Below are positions 43,073 to 53,328 of a stretch of 64,000 nt of DNA, piece after piece (the stretch's first letter is position 1; every line of letters starts with the position of its first letter). Under the pieces are notes generated by a model. That model was not told where the DNA came from. It saw nothing but the letters and a program-made list of their open reading frames with translations, and searched no databases. The position numbers and the translations under genes were made by a program. Origin of the DNA: Phycisphaerales bacterium (lineage in GTDB: Bacteria > Planctomycetota > Phycisphaerae > WQYP01); contig DAIDJN010000034.1 in assembly GCA_027451365.1 (NCBI GenBank), positions 34,268-98,267 of the forward strand, in the 5' to 3' direction.

Positions 43073-44092
43073 ATGCGGGTTCTAGTGGTTCATGAGGATC
43101 GCGTGGGATTGTCACTCATCCGCCAAACGCTGCGCGCCGCCGGTTTTGAAGTTATCGCCACGGATTCCGGCCTGGAAGCGATGGAAATTTTGAGCCAGGG
43201 GTTGTGCCACCTGCTGGTGGCGGATTGGGAAAATGACGGCCCCATGAGCGGTCTTTCCTTATGCAAAACCATTCGCCGCGAAGAAATGTGGGGCTACGTC
43301 TATATTATTCTGGTTACCAGCCGCAATCTGCCCCTCCATCGGGTGGAGGGTCTGACCGCGGGTGCCGATGATTTTATCGGCAAGCCCTACGACCCTGATG
43401 AACTTGTGGCCCGCGTGCGTTCGGGTGAACGCGTGCTTTCCATGGATACGCGAAACGTCGCAATTTTTGCGATGGCCAAATTGGCGGAATCACGCGATCC
43501 GGAAACCGGCATGCACCTTGAACGCGTGCAGAGTTATTCACGTCTGCTGGCCCAGGATCTCGCCGCCACGCCGGAACATAGGGGCGAAATAACGGCGAAT
43601 TTTATCCGCTGGGTCTATCTGACCAGTCCCCTGCATGACATCGGCAAAGTCGCCATACCGGATTATGTCCTTTTAAAGCCGGGCCGCCTGACCGACCGCG
43701 AATTTTCCCTTATGAAAACCCATACCACCCTGGGTGCCAACACCATCGATATTGCCCTGAAGAAATTCCCCGACGCTGAATTCCTGCGCATTGCGCGCGA
43801 AATTACCTCCGCCCATCACGAACGCATTGACGGTACAGGCTATCCCCGACAGCTTCGCGGACCGGAAATTCCCCTTAGCGGCCGTATTGTGGCGGTGGCC
43901 GATGTCTACGACGCACTCACTTCCCGGCGGCTTTATAAAGATGCGTTCAGCCACGATGTGGCCAAATCAATGATTCTGTCCGGTCTGGGCACACAATTTG
44001 ATCCGGAAGTTGTGCAGTCATTTCTGCGGCTGGAAGATACCTTCCAGAGCGTCCGCGAGCGCTTCACTGAACATCCGCCGGTCATCACCTGA
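43073..44092 (+). CDS. REC-HD-GYP response regulator (c-di-GMP phosphodiesterase family)
   Basis: Receiver domain plus LHDIGK, HHERIDGTGYP, VADVYDALT. Confidence 0.92.
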   Translation: MRVLVVHEDRVGLSLIRQTLRAAGFEVIATDSGLEAMEILSQGLCHLLVADWENDGPMSGLSLCKTIRREEMWGYVYIILVTSRNLPLHRVEGLTAGADDFIGKPYDPDELVARVRSGERVLSMDTRNVAIFAMAKLAESRDPETGMHLERVQSYSRLLAQDLAATPEHRGEITANFIRWVYLTSPLHDIGKVAIPDYVLLKPGRLTDREFSLMKTHTTLGANTIDIALKKFPDAEFLRIAREITSAHHERIDGTGYPRQLRGPEIPLSGRIVAVADVYDALTSRRLYKDAFSHDVAKSMILSGLGTQFDPEVVQSFLRLEDTFQSVRERFTEHPPVIT

Positions 44093-44281
44093 CCGATGCG
44101 CACCTCCGCCGCGCGTCCCCGCCAATACCGTTTCCGGGCGCGATTCATCGCTGAACACTTTTACGCCGCGCTGCTTCCGCCCGCATCCCTTACAATATCC
44201 CGCCGACCAGTGAATCACCCGGCCGGGGGAACGGTCGCAAAGGCGGTTTCCACCGCACCACACAAAATAAGGAATATAGAT

Positions 44282-44971
44282 ATGACATTACCACCCGCCA
44301 TTATGTCGTTCAGTGGGGGAAAAGACAGTATCTACGCCCTGTACAAACTGCGCGAAAGTCCGGCGTATGCCATCCAGTCATTAATTGCGACAATCAGTCG
44401 CGACTTCGACCGCGTCAGCATGCACGGCGTTCGCCGTGAATTAATTCAGCGGCAGGCCGCGGCCATTGGCCTGCCACTTGAGCTTGTGGACCTCTCCAGT
44501 TCACCGGACAACAAGGAATATGTCCAGCGCACCGGCGCCGCGTTCAGCGTATGGAAGGCGCGGGGCATAACGGATGTGGTGTTCGGTGATCTGTTTCTGG
44601 CGGACTTGCGCCGCTGGCGGGAAGAACAGCTTGCAAGCATCGGCATGCGCGGGGTTTTTCCAATCTGGGGGCTGGATACCGCACGCATGGCTCGGGATTT
44701 TATCGCCGCGGGTTTTAAGGCTGTGCTGGTTTGCGTAGACCTGGAAAAATTGCCCCCGGAATTTGCCGGCCGCGATTTTGATGAATCGCTTCTTGTGAAC
44801 CTGCCCCCGGGAATTGACCCATGCGGTGAAAATGGGGAATTTCATACATTTGTTCATGACGGCCCGCTGTTTGCCCGGCCGGTGAATGTGATACGGGGGC
44901 AAGCCGTGACGCGCGGCCGCTTTTGCTTTCAAGACCTGCTGACCGCGGATGTACAAAAGGAGATCACATGA
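44282..44971 (+). CDS. DUF71/COG2102 PP-loop ATP pyrophosphatase (diphthine-ammonia ligase family)
   Basis: SFSGGKDS, MHGVR, FGDLFL, DPCGENGEFHTFV. Confidence 0.9.
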   Translation: MTLPPAIMSFSGGKDSIYALYKLRESPAYAIQSLIATISRDFDRVSMHGVRRELIQRQAAAIGLPLELVDLSSSPDNKEYVQRTGAAFSVWKARGITDVVFGDLFLADLRRWREEQLASIGMRGVFPIWGLDTARMARDFIAAGFKAVLVCVDLEKLPPEFAGRDFDESLLVNLPPGIDPCGENGEFHTFVHDGPLFARPVNVIRGQAVTRGRFCFQDLLTADVQKEIT

Positions 44972-45897
44972 AAATTGCGTCTTTGCTGGCCGCGGGTACC
45001 GAATTCGTCTGCGCCCTGGGTGCGGGCGAATTTCTGGTTGGCCGTTCGCACGAATGCGACAATCCCTCCTGGGTAAAGCGCTTGCCAGCCCTTACCGCGG
45101 CGGCCTTTGACACCAGCGTCACCAGCCGCCAGATTGATGCCGAAGTCAACCGTCGCCTGCGCGCCGGCGAGTCGCTTTATTGTGTCGATCAGACGGCGAT
45201 TGGGGCACTGGAACCGGACCTGATTATTACCCAGTCGCACTGCCCGGTATGCGCAGTGAGCCATCACGATTTAACGCAGGAAGCCTGTCAGTTGCCGGGA
45301 CGGACAATCAGTCTTCAGGCGGGAAGTCTGGCGGGAATTGAGCGCGATATTCGGTTAATCGCAGATGCATTAAACCGTCACGCGGCCGGTCAGGACCTGA
45401 TTGATCTCCAACGCCGTCGGCAGGCCCGAATTCATGCCAACCTGGCCGGGCGGGATAAGCCGACGGTGGTTGTGCTGGAATGGATTGACCCCCTGTTCGC
45501 AATGGGGAACTGGGGACCGGAACTAATAGACCTGGCACAAGGCCAGCCACTGTTGGGAAATCGCGGGCAGCATTCGCGTGCGATTGAATGGAGCGCATTG
45601 GCCGCGGCAGACCCCGAAGTGCTTATTATCGCGCCATGCGGGTTTTCACTGGAGCGCACGCGCGCGGAACTGCCCGCCCTGACGCAGCATGAGCAATGGC
45701 ATACGCTTCAGGCCGTGCGCAATGGACGGGTATTTCTGGCGGATGGAAATTTATATTTCAACCGGTCCGGTACCAGTCTGACCGATACGGTCGACATACT
45801 GGCGGAAATTCTGCACGGGTACGCGAATCGCTTTATGGGAATCGCCTGGGAACCATTGACGGAAAAGTGGAACCCGCCTCTGCGGCAGCCAGCGTGA
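44968..45897 (+). CDS. BtuF/TroA-like cobalamin-type binding protein lacking a signal peptide
   Basis: MKIASL..GTE..ALG..LVGRSHECD, PDLIITQ..C.VCAVS, EWIDP, PCGF; ATGA overlap with the upstream gene. Confidence 0.8.
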   Translation: MKIASLLAAGTEFVCALGAGEFLVGRSHECDNPSWVKRLPALTAAAFDTSVTSRQIDAEVNRRLRAGESLYCVDQTAIGALEPDLIITQSHCPVCAVSHHDLTQEACQLPGRTISLQAGSLAGIERDIRLIADALNRHAAGQDLIDLQRRRQARIHANLAGRDKPTVVVLEWIDPLFAMGNWGPELIDLAQGQPLLGNRGQHSRAIEWSALAAADPEVLIIAPCGFSLERTRAELPALTQHEQWHTLQAVRNGRVFLADGNLYFNRSGTSLTDTVDILAEILHGYANRFMGIAWEPLTEKWNPPLRQPA

Positions 45898-46267
45898 CAC
45901 TTGGCATGCGCCGACCTTTGCACATCGCCCAGCGGCTGACCGTGCGCGGGCGGCGGCAGGTGTCAGAGAGGCCGCGCATATCGCACAGCACGCGATAGCC
46001 CAGGATGAATGGCCTGCGGATTGACGTTCACTTGGATATTGGCGAGGATCGCCATCCGCCACATCCATGGACGAATCAGCCATGCGCCCCTCGGCAAAGG
46101 CCTGACGGCACGCTGAACTTTCTGATACAACCGCGTTATAATCACTGAATGTAAGTGCCGACTGGCGATCGGCAAAATGGAAAGAATGGATGTTTTGCCC
46201 GCGGCACCCGGTGCCCAAACGGCCTGCATGCGACATGGCCGCTGCGGATTTGTTTTCTGGAAACTTT

Positions 46268-47452
46268 ATGACACCCGGCGTCAGCATTATCATTCCCACG
46301 TTCCGCGAGGAAGGCAACATTCCACGCCTGACGGAGCAACTGGTCAAAATCATGGCCGCACACAATTGGGAGTGGGAAGTTATTTTTGTGGATGACAATT
46401 CCCCGGATCAAACGCCGCAAATTCTGGCGGAAATGGCCCGGCAGTATCCGCAGGTACGCTATATCATCCGCACGCAAGACCGCGGATTATCCTCCGCGGT
46501 GCTGGCCGGTTTTGAACTGGCCCGCTTTGATTGCCTGCTGGTGATGGATGCGGACCTGAGTCACCCGCCGGAATCTGTGCCATCACTGATTCAACCTCTC
46601 CTGGAAAATCGGGCAGACTTTGTCATCGGGTCACGATACGTGGCGGGCGGCCGCACGGAGGACTGGGGGCCGCTGCGCTGGCTGAACAGTTTTGTGGCCA
46701 CGGTGCTTAGCCGCCCGTTTGTGGGGCCGGTGAAAGACTCCATGGCCGGGTTTTTTGCGCTGCGCCGCGCCACGCTTCTGGCCGGCGATGAACTCAACCC
46801 GATTGGCTATAAGATAGGCCTTGAATTGATGGTGAAGTGCAGGGTAAATAAAGCGATGGAAATACCCATTGTCTTCCGCAACCGCGTGGCCGGTGAAAGC
46901 AAACTGAACATGCGCGAACAGTTCCGCTATCTGGAACATTTATCGCGCCTGTACGACTACCGTTTTCCCAAAGGATCGGGCCGCGTAAAGTTTCTCATTG
47001 CCGCCGCCTGCGGCATCGCGGGTGCGGCGGCAATCATTGGATTTTTGCACGGAATGTTGCATAGCTCGTTTACTTTGGCGTTGCCGCTGGGGCTGGTCGG
47101 AATGATTCTGATCACGCTGGTATTTTTTGCGCGGTTTGTCAGCGCCCAGCGGGAGTTTATTCTGATGCGTCACCCCTATCGTGAATTTCTCCTGATCAGC
47201 ATCGCTGAATGCGCCACCGGGTCGGCCGTTGGCCTGGGATTGTTCAATCGACATGGAATCTGGTGGGCTATGGCCGGGGCATTTGCCACGGTGCTGGGGA
47301 TTCGCTACCTACTTCGCAAAATTTTTCAGCACGATGTCCGCGGCGTCCGACGGCGAAAACCGCAACCGGGTGAACCGAATCGGTTTTTGCGGCAGCAAAC
47401 CAATGCTAGAACGGCCAATCCCGAAGCCGCCCGCCAGACGGCCAAACTTTAG
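46268..47452 (+). CDS. Polyprenol-phosphate mannosyltransferase-like GT2 with C-terminal membrane domain
   Basis: IIPTFRE, VDDNSPD, MDADLSHPP, GSRY, GESKL, about 4 C-terminal TMs. Confidence 0.88.
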   Translation: MTPGVSIIIPTFREEGNIPRLTEQLVKIMAAHNWEWEVIFVDDNSPDQTPQILAEMARQYPQVRYIIRTQDRGLSSAVLAGFELARFDCLLVMDADLSHPPESVPSLIQPLLENRADFVIGSRYVAGGRTEDWGPLRWLNSFVATVLSRPFVGPVKDSMAGFFALRRATLLAGDELNPIGYKIGLELMVKCRVNKAMEIPIVFRNRVAGESKLNMREQFRYLEHLSRLYDYRFPKGSGRVKFLIAAACGIAGAAAIIGFLHGMLHSSFTLALPLGLVGMILITLVFFARFVSAQREFILMRHPYREFLLISIAECATGSAVGLGLFNRHGIWWAMAGAFATVLGIRYLLRKIFQHDVRGVRRRKPQPGEPNRFLRQQTNARTANPEAARQTAKL

Positions 47453-48027
47453 GCCGGTTGCAGCCGAGCGTTTGCGGCCAAAGTCCCATAATTTGCCTTT
47501 GACCTAATGTTGTCAACATTGCCCCCGATTCAATCTGCAGATGCAAATCGAATTGGGACGGCTTTGATCGCGATAGCCCGACATTCTTCATCAGGTTGGA
47601 TCCACGCAATAGGGTGGTTTGTCTAAAAAACAGGATGCCTGCTACTTCTTTAGGACACATTTGCCTATAATTTAGTCACTCGCGAGCCGCAACGCCAGAA
47701 GTTTTTGGGGGCGCGACAAAATTTCGCCTAAAAAGGAATCGTTCCGCCATTTGACGAATTTAATTATTATAAGATTTTTATTATAAATGATTTACAATCG
47801 ATTAACAAATTTGACAAACGGGGCTAAACCAAGCTCAAAATGTCGATTTATGGGCAGATCAGATAACTGCGCACGGCATTTGCATAAATGTCCGGCAGTG
47901 CATGGGAGAAGGTATGCCGGCAGAATTGTGCAATAATGGCCATCCGCCAGCATCGCCCGCCCGGAGGGTAACACGGGCGAAAAAGTGCCATGTCACATGA
48001 ATGCTGCATTTGGCCAGGGTAGGATTT

Positions 48028-49635
48028 ATGGATCGCGAAGAACTTGAATTAACAATTTTGACCGAGCTGGGCCGAGTCCTTTCTTCCGGACTCGACCTCC
48101 ATTCGATTTTTGACCAGACCATGCGCGTTCTGGCCGACAGGCTGGGCATGGAACGCGGCTCTATGGTGCTTTATGATGAAGCCACCGGGAAGTTGCAAAT
48201 TGAGGCCGCACTTGGTCTGACCGCTGAAGAAATTGAGCGTGGCCGCTACGACGTGGGCGAAGGCATTACCGGACAGGTTGTGGCCTCAGGCAAACCGCGC
48301 GTCGTAGAGGACATTGCCAAAGAACTTCAGTTCTTAAACCGTACTGGCGCCCGCGCCAATGTCGCCGGGCGAGTGCTTAGCTTCATCTGCGTTCCGATCC
48401 GTGTGGATGGAAAAGTGATCGGCGCGCTTTCGGTCGACAAGCAGTTTGTGGATGGCCGCACGTTGGCCAGCGATCAGCGGCTTCTGGAAATTATCGCCGC
48501 CTTCACGGCCCAGGCCATTAAAATAAATTCGATTGTGGCCACTGAACGCGAAGAATGGCGCGAAGAGCGGCGGCAGCTTCGCAGCACCCTGCAAAGCAAG
48601 TATAAATTTGACAACATCATCGGTTCTGCTCCTTCCATGCTGGAAGTGTTTGACACGATTGCCCAAGTGGCCGTCAGCCGCGCCACGTGCCTGCTGCTCG
48701 GTGAAACCGGCACGGGAAAAGAACTGATCGCCAAGGCAATTCATTTCAATTCCAACCGGGCCGACAAGCCGTTTATCCGGGTGAACTGTGGAGCCCTGAC
48801 CGGCACGCTGCTGGAATCCGAATTGTTTGGCCATGTCAAGGGAAGTTTTACCGGCGCCATACGGGATAAGATGGGACGTTTTGAGGCCGCCAATACTGGC
48901 ACGCTTTTTCTCGATGAAATAGGCACCATTGATACCGGGCTGCAGGTAAAACTGCTGCGCGTGCTTCAGGAGCGGGAATTTGAACGGGTCGGCGACAATA
49001 AAACCATGCGCGTAGACGTACGGATTATCGCCGCCACAAACCTCAACCTTCAGGACGAAGTGGCCAAGGGCCGGTTCCGTGAAGATTTGTTTTACCGCCT
49101 GAACGTTGTCACAATCAGTCTGCCGGCGCTCCGCAACCGCCGTGAGGATATTCCACGATTGATTGATTATTTCTGCGACAAATTCAACGCGGAAAACGGG
49201 AAAAACCTCAATAAAATCAGCCGTGAACTGGTCAATATATTTGTGCGTTATCCCTGGCCGGGCAACGTGCGTGAACTGGAAAACGCCATTGAACGCGCCG
49301 TGGTGTTAAGCCGTGGCGATTCACTGACAGAAGACCTGCTGCCCACCGCCATACGCGCTTTTGCCCAGCAGGGACGCACCGCCTTGGCCAGCGACGACTT
49401 TGGCGGCCTGGTGCGCCGTCTTGCCGAGCAGTCCATGAGTGAATACGCCATGCGGGACGGGCAAATTTACGATCTGGTGATTCGTCAGGTGGAAAAAGCC
49501 CTGATTGAACAAGCCCTTGCAAAATGTGCCGATGTGAAAATAAAAGCGGCCGATTTTCTTGGCATCAACCGCAACACCCTCAATAAAAAAGTAAAAGAAC
49601 TGGGAATCGAAGCACACGAAACCCCAGAGGAATAA
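48028..49635 (+). CDS. NifA-like GAF-AAA+-HTH sigma54 enhancer-binding protein
   Basis: GAF domain (GEGITG.V), [41 protein letters not shown]. Confidence 0.92.
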   Translation: MDREELELTILTELGRVLSSGLDLHSIFDQTMRVLADRLGMERGSMVLYDEATGKLQIEAALGLTAEEIERGRYDVGEGITGQVVASGKPRVVEDIAKELQFLNRTGARANVAGRVLSFICVPIRVDGKVIGALSVDKQFVDGRTLASDQRLLEIIAAFTAQAIKINSIVATEREEWREERRQLRSTLQSKYKFDNIIGSAPSMLEVFDTIAQVAVSRATCLLLGETGTGKELIAKAIHFNSNRADKPFIRVNCGALTGTLLESELFGHVKGSFTGAIRDKMGRFEAANTGTLFLDEIGTIDTGLQVKLLRVLQEREFERVGDNKTMRVDVRIIAATNLNLQDEVAKGRFREDLFYRLNVVTISLPALRNRREDIPRLIDYFCDKFNAENGKNLNKISRELVNIFVRYPWPGNVRELENAIERAVVLSRGDSLTEDLLPTAIRAFAQQGRTALASDDFGGLVRRLAEQSMSEYAMRDGQIYDLVIRQVEKALIEQALAKCADVKIKAADFLGINRNTLNKKVKELGIEAHETPEE

Positions 49636-49775
49636 ACACCCGCTCGGGCATTTGAGTGCGCGCAACCCGCCCACCCGGCGGCCCATACCATCGCTTCGCC
49701 CGGCTGAAAATAAAAGCGCCCCGCTGACGCGGCCAAAAATAGCGGCCCGCGCTGCGGTACTCTGCCCAGGGCGAT

Positions 49776-50525
49776 TCAGCGGGTCTGATAGGCGGAATTA
49801 TCCGGTGAAAGAAAGCCCGTTCCGACGCCTACAGGCACTGGTGTGGGAACGGTTTGTGTGTAACAAGTGGTTTGTGAAGCCGCATGGCCATCGCAATAAG
49901 CCACATTGGTGGCACCCATATGCCGGAAAGCCTGGGTGCCGGCGGCCCGTTCCTGGTCGGTTATGTTGTCCGCATTGGCAGGCACCGGACTTTGCAGCAC
50001 CGGTGCCCGCATCCAGTAATTAATGCCACCATAAAAGCCGCCATCCCCAAACAGCGCACAACTTGCCGGATCGGCAATGTCCGTATTGGTGGCGGGAACC
50101 GGGTTATATTCCCCGCTGCCGTGGCCAATGTAGCTGGTATTGTAGTTGTACCCCAGCACGATCTGGCCGGTGGCAGGCCTAACCGGAACCTGTGGGCAAA
50201 CCAGAACGTCCAGACTGGTCCGTCCCATCCATAGAATCCCCGGACTGTAGGTTTTCTGGTGCGTGGTACGGCTGATCTTTTCCGCCAGCGCCCAGGATGG
50301 ATTTCCAATGCCGTAGTAGCCCGGCGGGTAAAACCCGTGGTATGCGATCTCATATTCCTGGGCGGCCAATGCAAGCTGACGCAGATTGCTGAGGCAAGCC
50401 GCGGAATCCGCATCCTGTTTTGCAGTGGCCAGGGCCGGCAGAAGAAGCGCGATAAGCAGCGCGATGATGGAGATAACCACCAGCAGTTCAGAAAGCGTAA
50501 ATCCGTTGGGATGTTTCCGCATCAT
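49776..50525 (-). CDS. Prepilin-type N-terminal cleavage / H-X9-DG (DUF1559-like) protein
   Basis: GFTLSELLVVISIIALLIALLLPAL..A..C.SNLRQL and RHMGATNVAYCDGHA. Confidence 0.92.
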   Translation of the reverse strand: MMRKHPNGFTLSELLVVISIIALLIALLLPALATAKQDADSAACLSNLRQLALAAQEYEIAYHGFYPPGYYGIGNPSWALAEKISRTTHQKTYSPGILWMGRTSLDVLVCPQVPVRPATGQIVLGYNYNTSYIGHGSGEYNPVPATNTDIADPASCALFGDGGFYGGINYWMRAPVLQSPVPANADNITDQERAAGTQAFRHMGATNVAYCDGHAASQTTCYTQTVPTPVPVGVGTGFLSPDNSAYQTR

Positions 50526-50533
50526 GGTACACC

Positions 50534-51583
50534 TCAGGCTGTCCGTGTTTTCCGCCGTGGCCGCAGCAGCATTGCGGCAGCACCAATTGCCAACAGACTC
50601 AGACCGGCCGGCTCAGGCGTCGTGACGCCCACCACCGCCTGAACATAAAGGCTATAGGTTGTGGAATCAGGTACGACAAAAGCGACTTCGTTAACGCCTG
50701 AAAGGCCGGTTGAAGCCAGGTTCAACCACGTGCCACCCGCCGACCCGTTGAGTGTGGACATAACCTGACTGTAATTTTCATTATTAAACGATGCCAGCGT
50801 GCCGGTGAACGCCTTTGACGGATCCGCCAGTGGTGTGCCCAATGGAGGTGTGACCGTGTTGTTGCCGCCATCTGGTGCGACCGCAGTGCTGGCGTAAAAA
50901 GCCGAAGGATTATTCAGATTAAGCACCAACGCATTGGCCGGTGCTGACGCCAGAGCGGGTGTTCCGGATGCGGCAGCCGTCCAAGTGGTGCCTGTCACGC
51001 TATTGTTAGAAATGGTTTGGCCGGAACACCAGACCCATTGGCTGCCGTTGCCAACCGCGACATAGGCAAGGCGTGGATTGCTGAAGGTTGCCGCCGTGCC
51101 GCCGGTGGTGCCGCTGCCCGAATAATTGGCGCTTGATGAAGTGGCACCCGGACTCGTGTCAGTCAGACCAATTCCGGTGTGGATACCCAGATTAAAACCA
51201 TTGTTAACGGCCGTGCTTGTGGACGCGGCGAACGCCCCGCCAAAACCAAGAATAATCGCATTGCCGGGAGTGACCTGCGCCTCAGTCGTGCCATCGGCAC
51301 TGTTGTATGCCGCTTCAAAGGGTGTCAGATAATAATGCCCGCTTCCCGTACCAGTGACCGGTGCGGAATAAGCATATCCCGCATTGCTGCTTAATTGCCC
51401 TGACCAGCCAGCAATCGGGTAACTTCCGGTGCTTACTCCGCCGCTGATGACGTTGTTTGCGTAGGAATAGACGGCTGCTTGAGTTTGGCCGGCAACGGAC
51501 AGCAGACCAGCGGACGCGGTGGAAAAAAGAAGTGCTGATACGCCGGCAAAACTGGTCAGTCTGGAGGATTGGAAACGGTGCAT
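50534..51583 (-). CDS. PEP-CTERM surface protein (cobalamin-riboswitch controlled)
   Basis: AGGAG RBS, signal peptide, S/T/G-rich body, TPEPAGLSLL...RPRRK. Confidence 0.9.
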   Translation of the reverse strand: MHRFQSSRLTSFAGVSALLFSTASAGLLSVAGQTQAAVYSYANNVISGGVSTGSYPIAGWSGQLSSNAGYAYSAPVTGTGSGHYYLTPFEAAYNSADGTTEAQVTPGNAIILGFGGAFAASTSTAVNNGFNLGIHTGIGLTDTSPGATSSSANYSGSGTTGGTAATFSNPRLAYVAVGNGSQWVWCSGQTISNNSVTGTTWTAAASGTPALASAPANALVLNLNNPSAFYASTAVAPDGGNNTVTPPLGTPLADPSKAFTGTLASFNNENYSQVMSTLNGSAGGTWLNLASTGLSGVNEVAFVVPDSTTYSLYVQAVVGVTTPEPAGLSLLAIGAAAMLLRPRRKTRTA

Positions 51584-51790
51584 GAAAGGCTCCTGTCGAA
51601 GTGTGCGATGCCGGAAAAGTGCCTAAACGCCGGCCTTGCAAAGTTCAAGCGAGCCGGCATTTAACGGAACAGACAACTGATTCTGATACCTGTTAAATCA
51701 GGTCAATTCCATTCCAACCCCATGGCGGATTGGTGGGTATGTTTCAGGCATTCGGCCGCCGGTCCCATACGCGGGGATGGCAAACCATTT

Positions 51791-52000
51791 AACAGGCAGG
51801 TCTTCTGGCTTGGGGCTGTGGATTGGCGAGGTCTTCCCGATTCAATGCCCTGTATTCCGCAGTGATGCGAAAAACCGGTCTATGCACCGGTCAGGCATAT
51901 ATCAGTGACACTCGCCCAAGCTGCCCTTTTACAGCGGCGCGTCCGCGGCGGAATTTCACCGCCTTCCCTTTTCATCCGTCAACGCAACGGACACCTGTTG
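51791..52000 (-). ncRNA. Cobalamin (AdoCbl-class) riboswitch
   Basis: Minus strand AACAGGTG...AAGGGAAGGCGGTGAAATTCCGCCGCGGACGCGCCGCTGTAA...GTCACTG...GGGAAG...AGCCAGAAGACCTGCCTGTT (B12 box; P1 AACAGG/CCTGTT). Confidence 0.93.
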
Positions 52001-52087
52001 AGTTGAAGCATACCGAAATAAAAAAAAACTGCAAGAAAAAACGGACGATTGCGTGTATCGCCCCATAATAGGCGTCGCCTGGCAGAT

Positions 52088-53179
52088 TTATGCGGTGATA
52101 TCCAGTTTAATGGCTTTGCCGGCCGGACGGGTCAGGTTGCGGATACTGATCTGGCCGGCCAGGTTCTGCACGATGGCATTGAGGCTTCGCGCTGTAGCGG
52201 AATTGCCCTGCAGGTTAAAAAATGGATCGCCGGAATCCGATTGTTTCCGGATGCTCATGTCAATTGGCACATCGCCCAGGAATGGCAGGCCCATATCCTT
52301 GGCCATGGCCTGCGCCCCGCCCCGGCCGAAAATGTCGTATTGCGTTCCATGTTCACATACAAAGCTGCTCATGTTTTCCACAACACCCAGAATCGAAACG
52401 CCCAACTGCTGAAACATTCGCACTGCGCGGCGGGCATCCATAAGGGCCACTTCCTGGGGCGTGGCCACAATGACCGCGCCGGTCAAGCCGATAGATTGGG
52501 CCAGAGTCAGCGAAACATCGCCTGTTCCTGGCGGCAAATCCACCACCAAATAGTCCAATTCCTCCCAAAGAACCTGTTCCAGGAATTGCCGGATAACGCC
52601 ATGAACCATCGGCCCGCGCCAGATCAGTGCCTTTTCCTTGGGAACAATAAATCCAATTGACATTACCCGCAGCGGATTTTCCTTCGGGCCAACCGAAAAT
52701 GGCACAATCTGATCGCCCCGCAGCGCCGGAGATTGCGCCTCCAAGCCGGTCATGGTCGGAATGGACGGCCCGTACACATCGCCGTCCAGCAGGCCGACTT
52801 TGGCACCCTGCAGGCTTAAGCCCGCCGCGATGCTCACCGCCATGGTGCTTTTACCCACACCACCCTTGCCTGCACCCACGGCAATTACATTCCGCACACC
52901 CGGCAACAGATTTTTAGGCTGACCCGCGCCGCGAACATTGGCGGTGAATGTCACCTCCACCCGAGTTACACCCGGCACACGCGTCACCGCAGCGGTAACA
53001 TCATTTCTGATTTTATCCCGCATCGGACAGGCCGGGGTGGTTAATTCCACGCCGACCGTCACCTGGCCGCCATTGATGGCGATATCCTTGACCATGTTAA
53101 GTGTGACAATATCCTTAAATATTTCCGGGTCCTGAACGGTTTTAAGAACCGCCAAAACCGCCTCGCGATCGGGTGTCAT
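52088..53179 (-). CDS. mrp: Mrp/ApbC Fe-S cluster carrier ATPase with N-terminal DUF59 domain
   Basis: V.DPEI..LTTPACP, GKGGVGKST, WRGPM, VDLPPGTGD, ENMS. Confidence 0.95.
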   Translation of the reverse strand: MTPDREAVLAVLKTVQDPEIFKDIVTLNMVKDIAINGGQVTVGVELTTPACPMRDKIRNDVTAAVTRVPGVTRVEVTFTANVRGAGQPKNLLPGVRNVIAVGAGKGGVGKSTMAVSIAAGLSLQGAKVGLLDGDVYGPSIPTMTGLEAQSPALRGDQIVPFSVGPKENPLRVMSIGFIVPKEKALIWRGPMVHGVIRQFLEQVLWEELDYLVVDLPPGTGDVSLTLAQSIGLTGAVIVATPQEVALMDARRAVRMFQQLGVSILGVVENMSSFVCEHGTQYDIFGRGGAQAMAKDMGLPFLGDVPIDMSIRKQSDSGDPFFNLQGNSATARSLNAIVQNLAGQISIRNLTRPAGKAIKLDITA

Positions 53180-53328
53180 GAATCATTCCGCCTTTGCAGT
53201 CATTATGCCGGACCATGCCGGCACACATGCCGCCACGCCAACTGTCGGCTGAATAAGCAATCCAGCCATTACTGGATTCTATCGCCTTTCGTGCGGCGCG
53301 TAAAAACAAATTGATGGGCAATGTATCG

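Noticed and set aside
47869..47884. Sigma54 promoter-like GCGCACGGCATTTGCA
   Set aside because: Lacks the first G of the essential -24 GG.
48028..49635. Nitrogen fixation locus
   Set aside because: No nif structural genes in the window; only the domain architecture is NifA-like.
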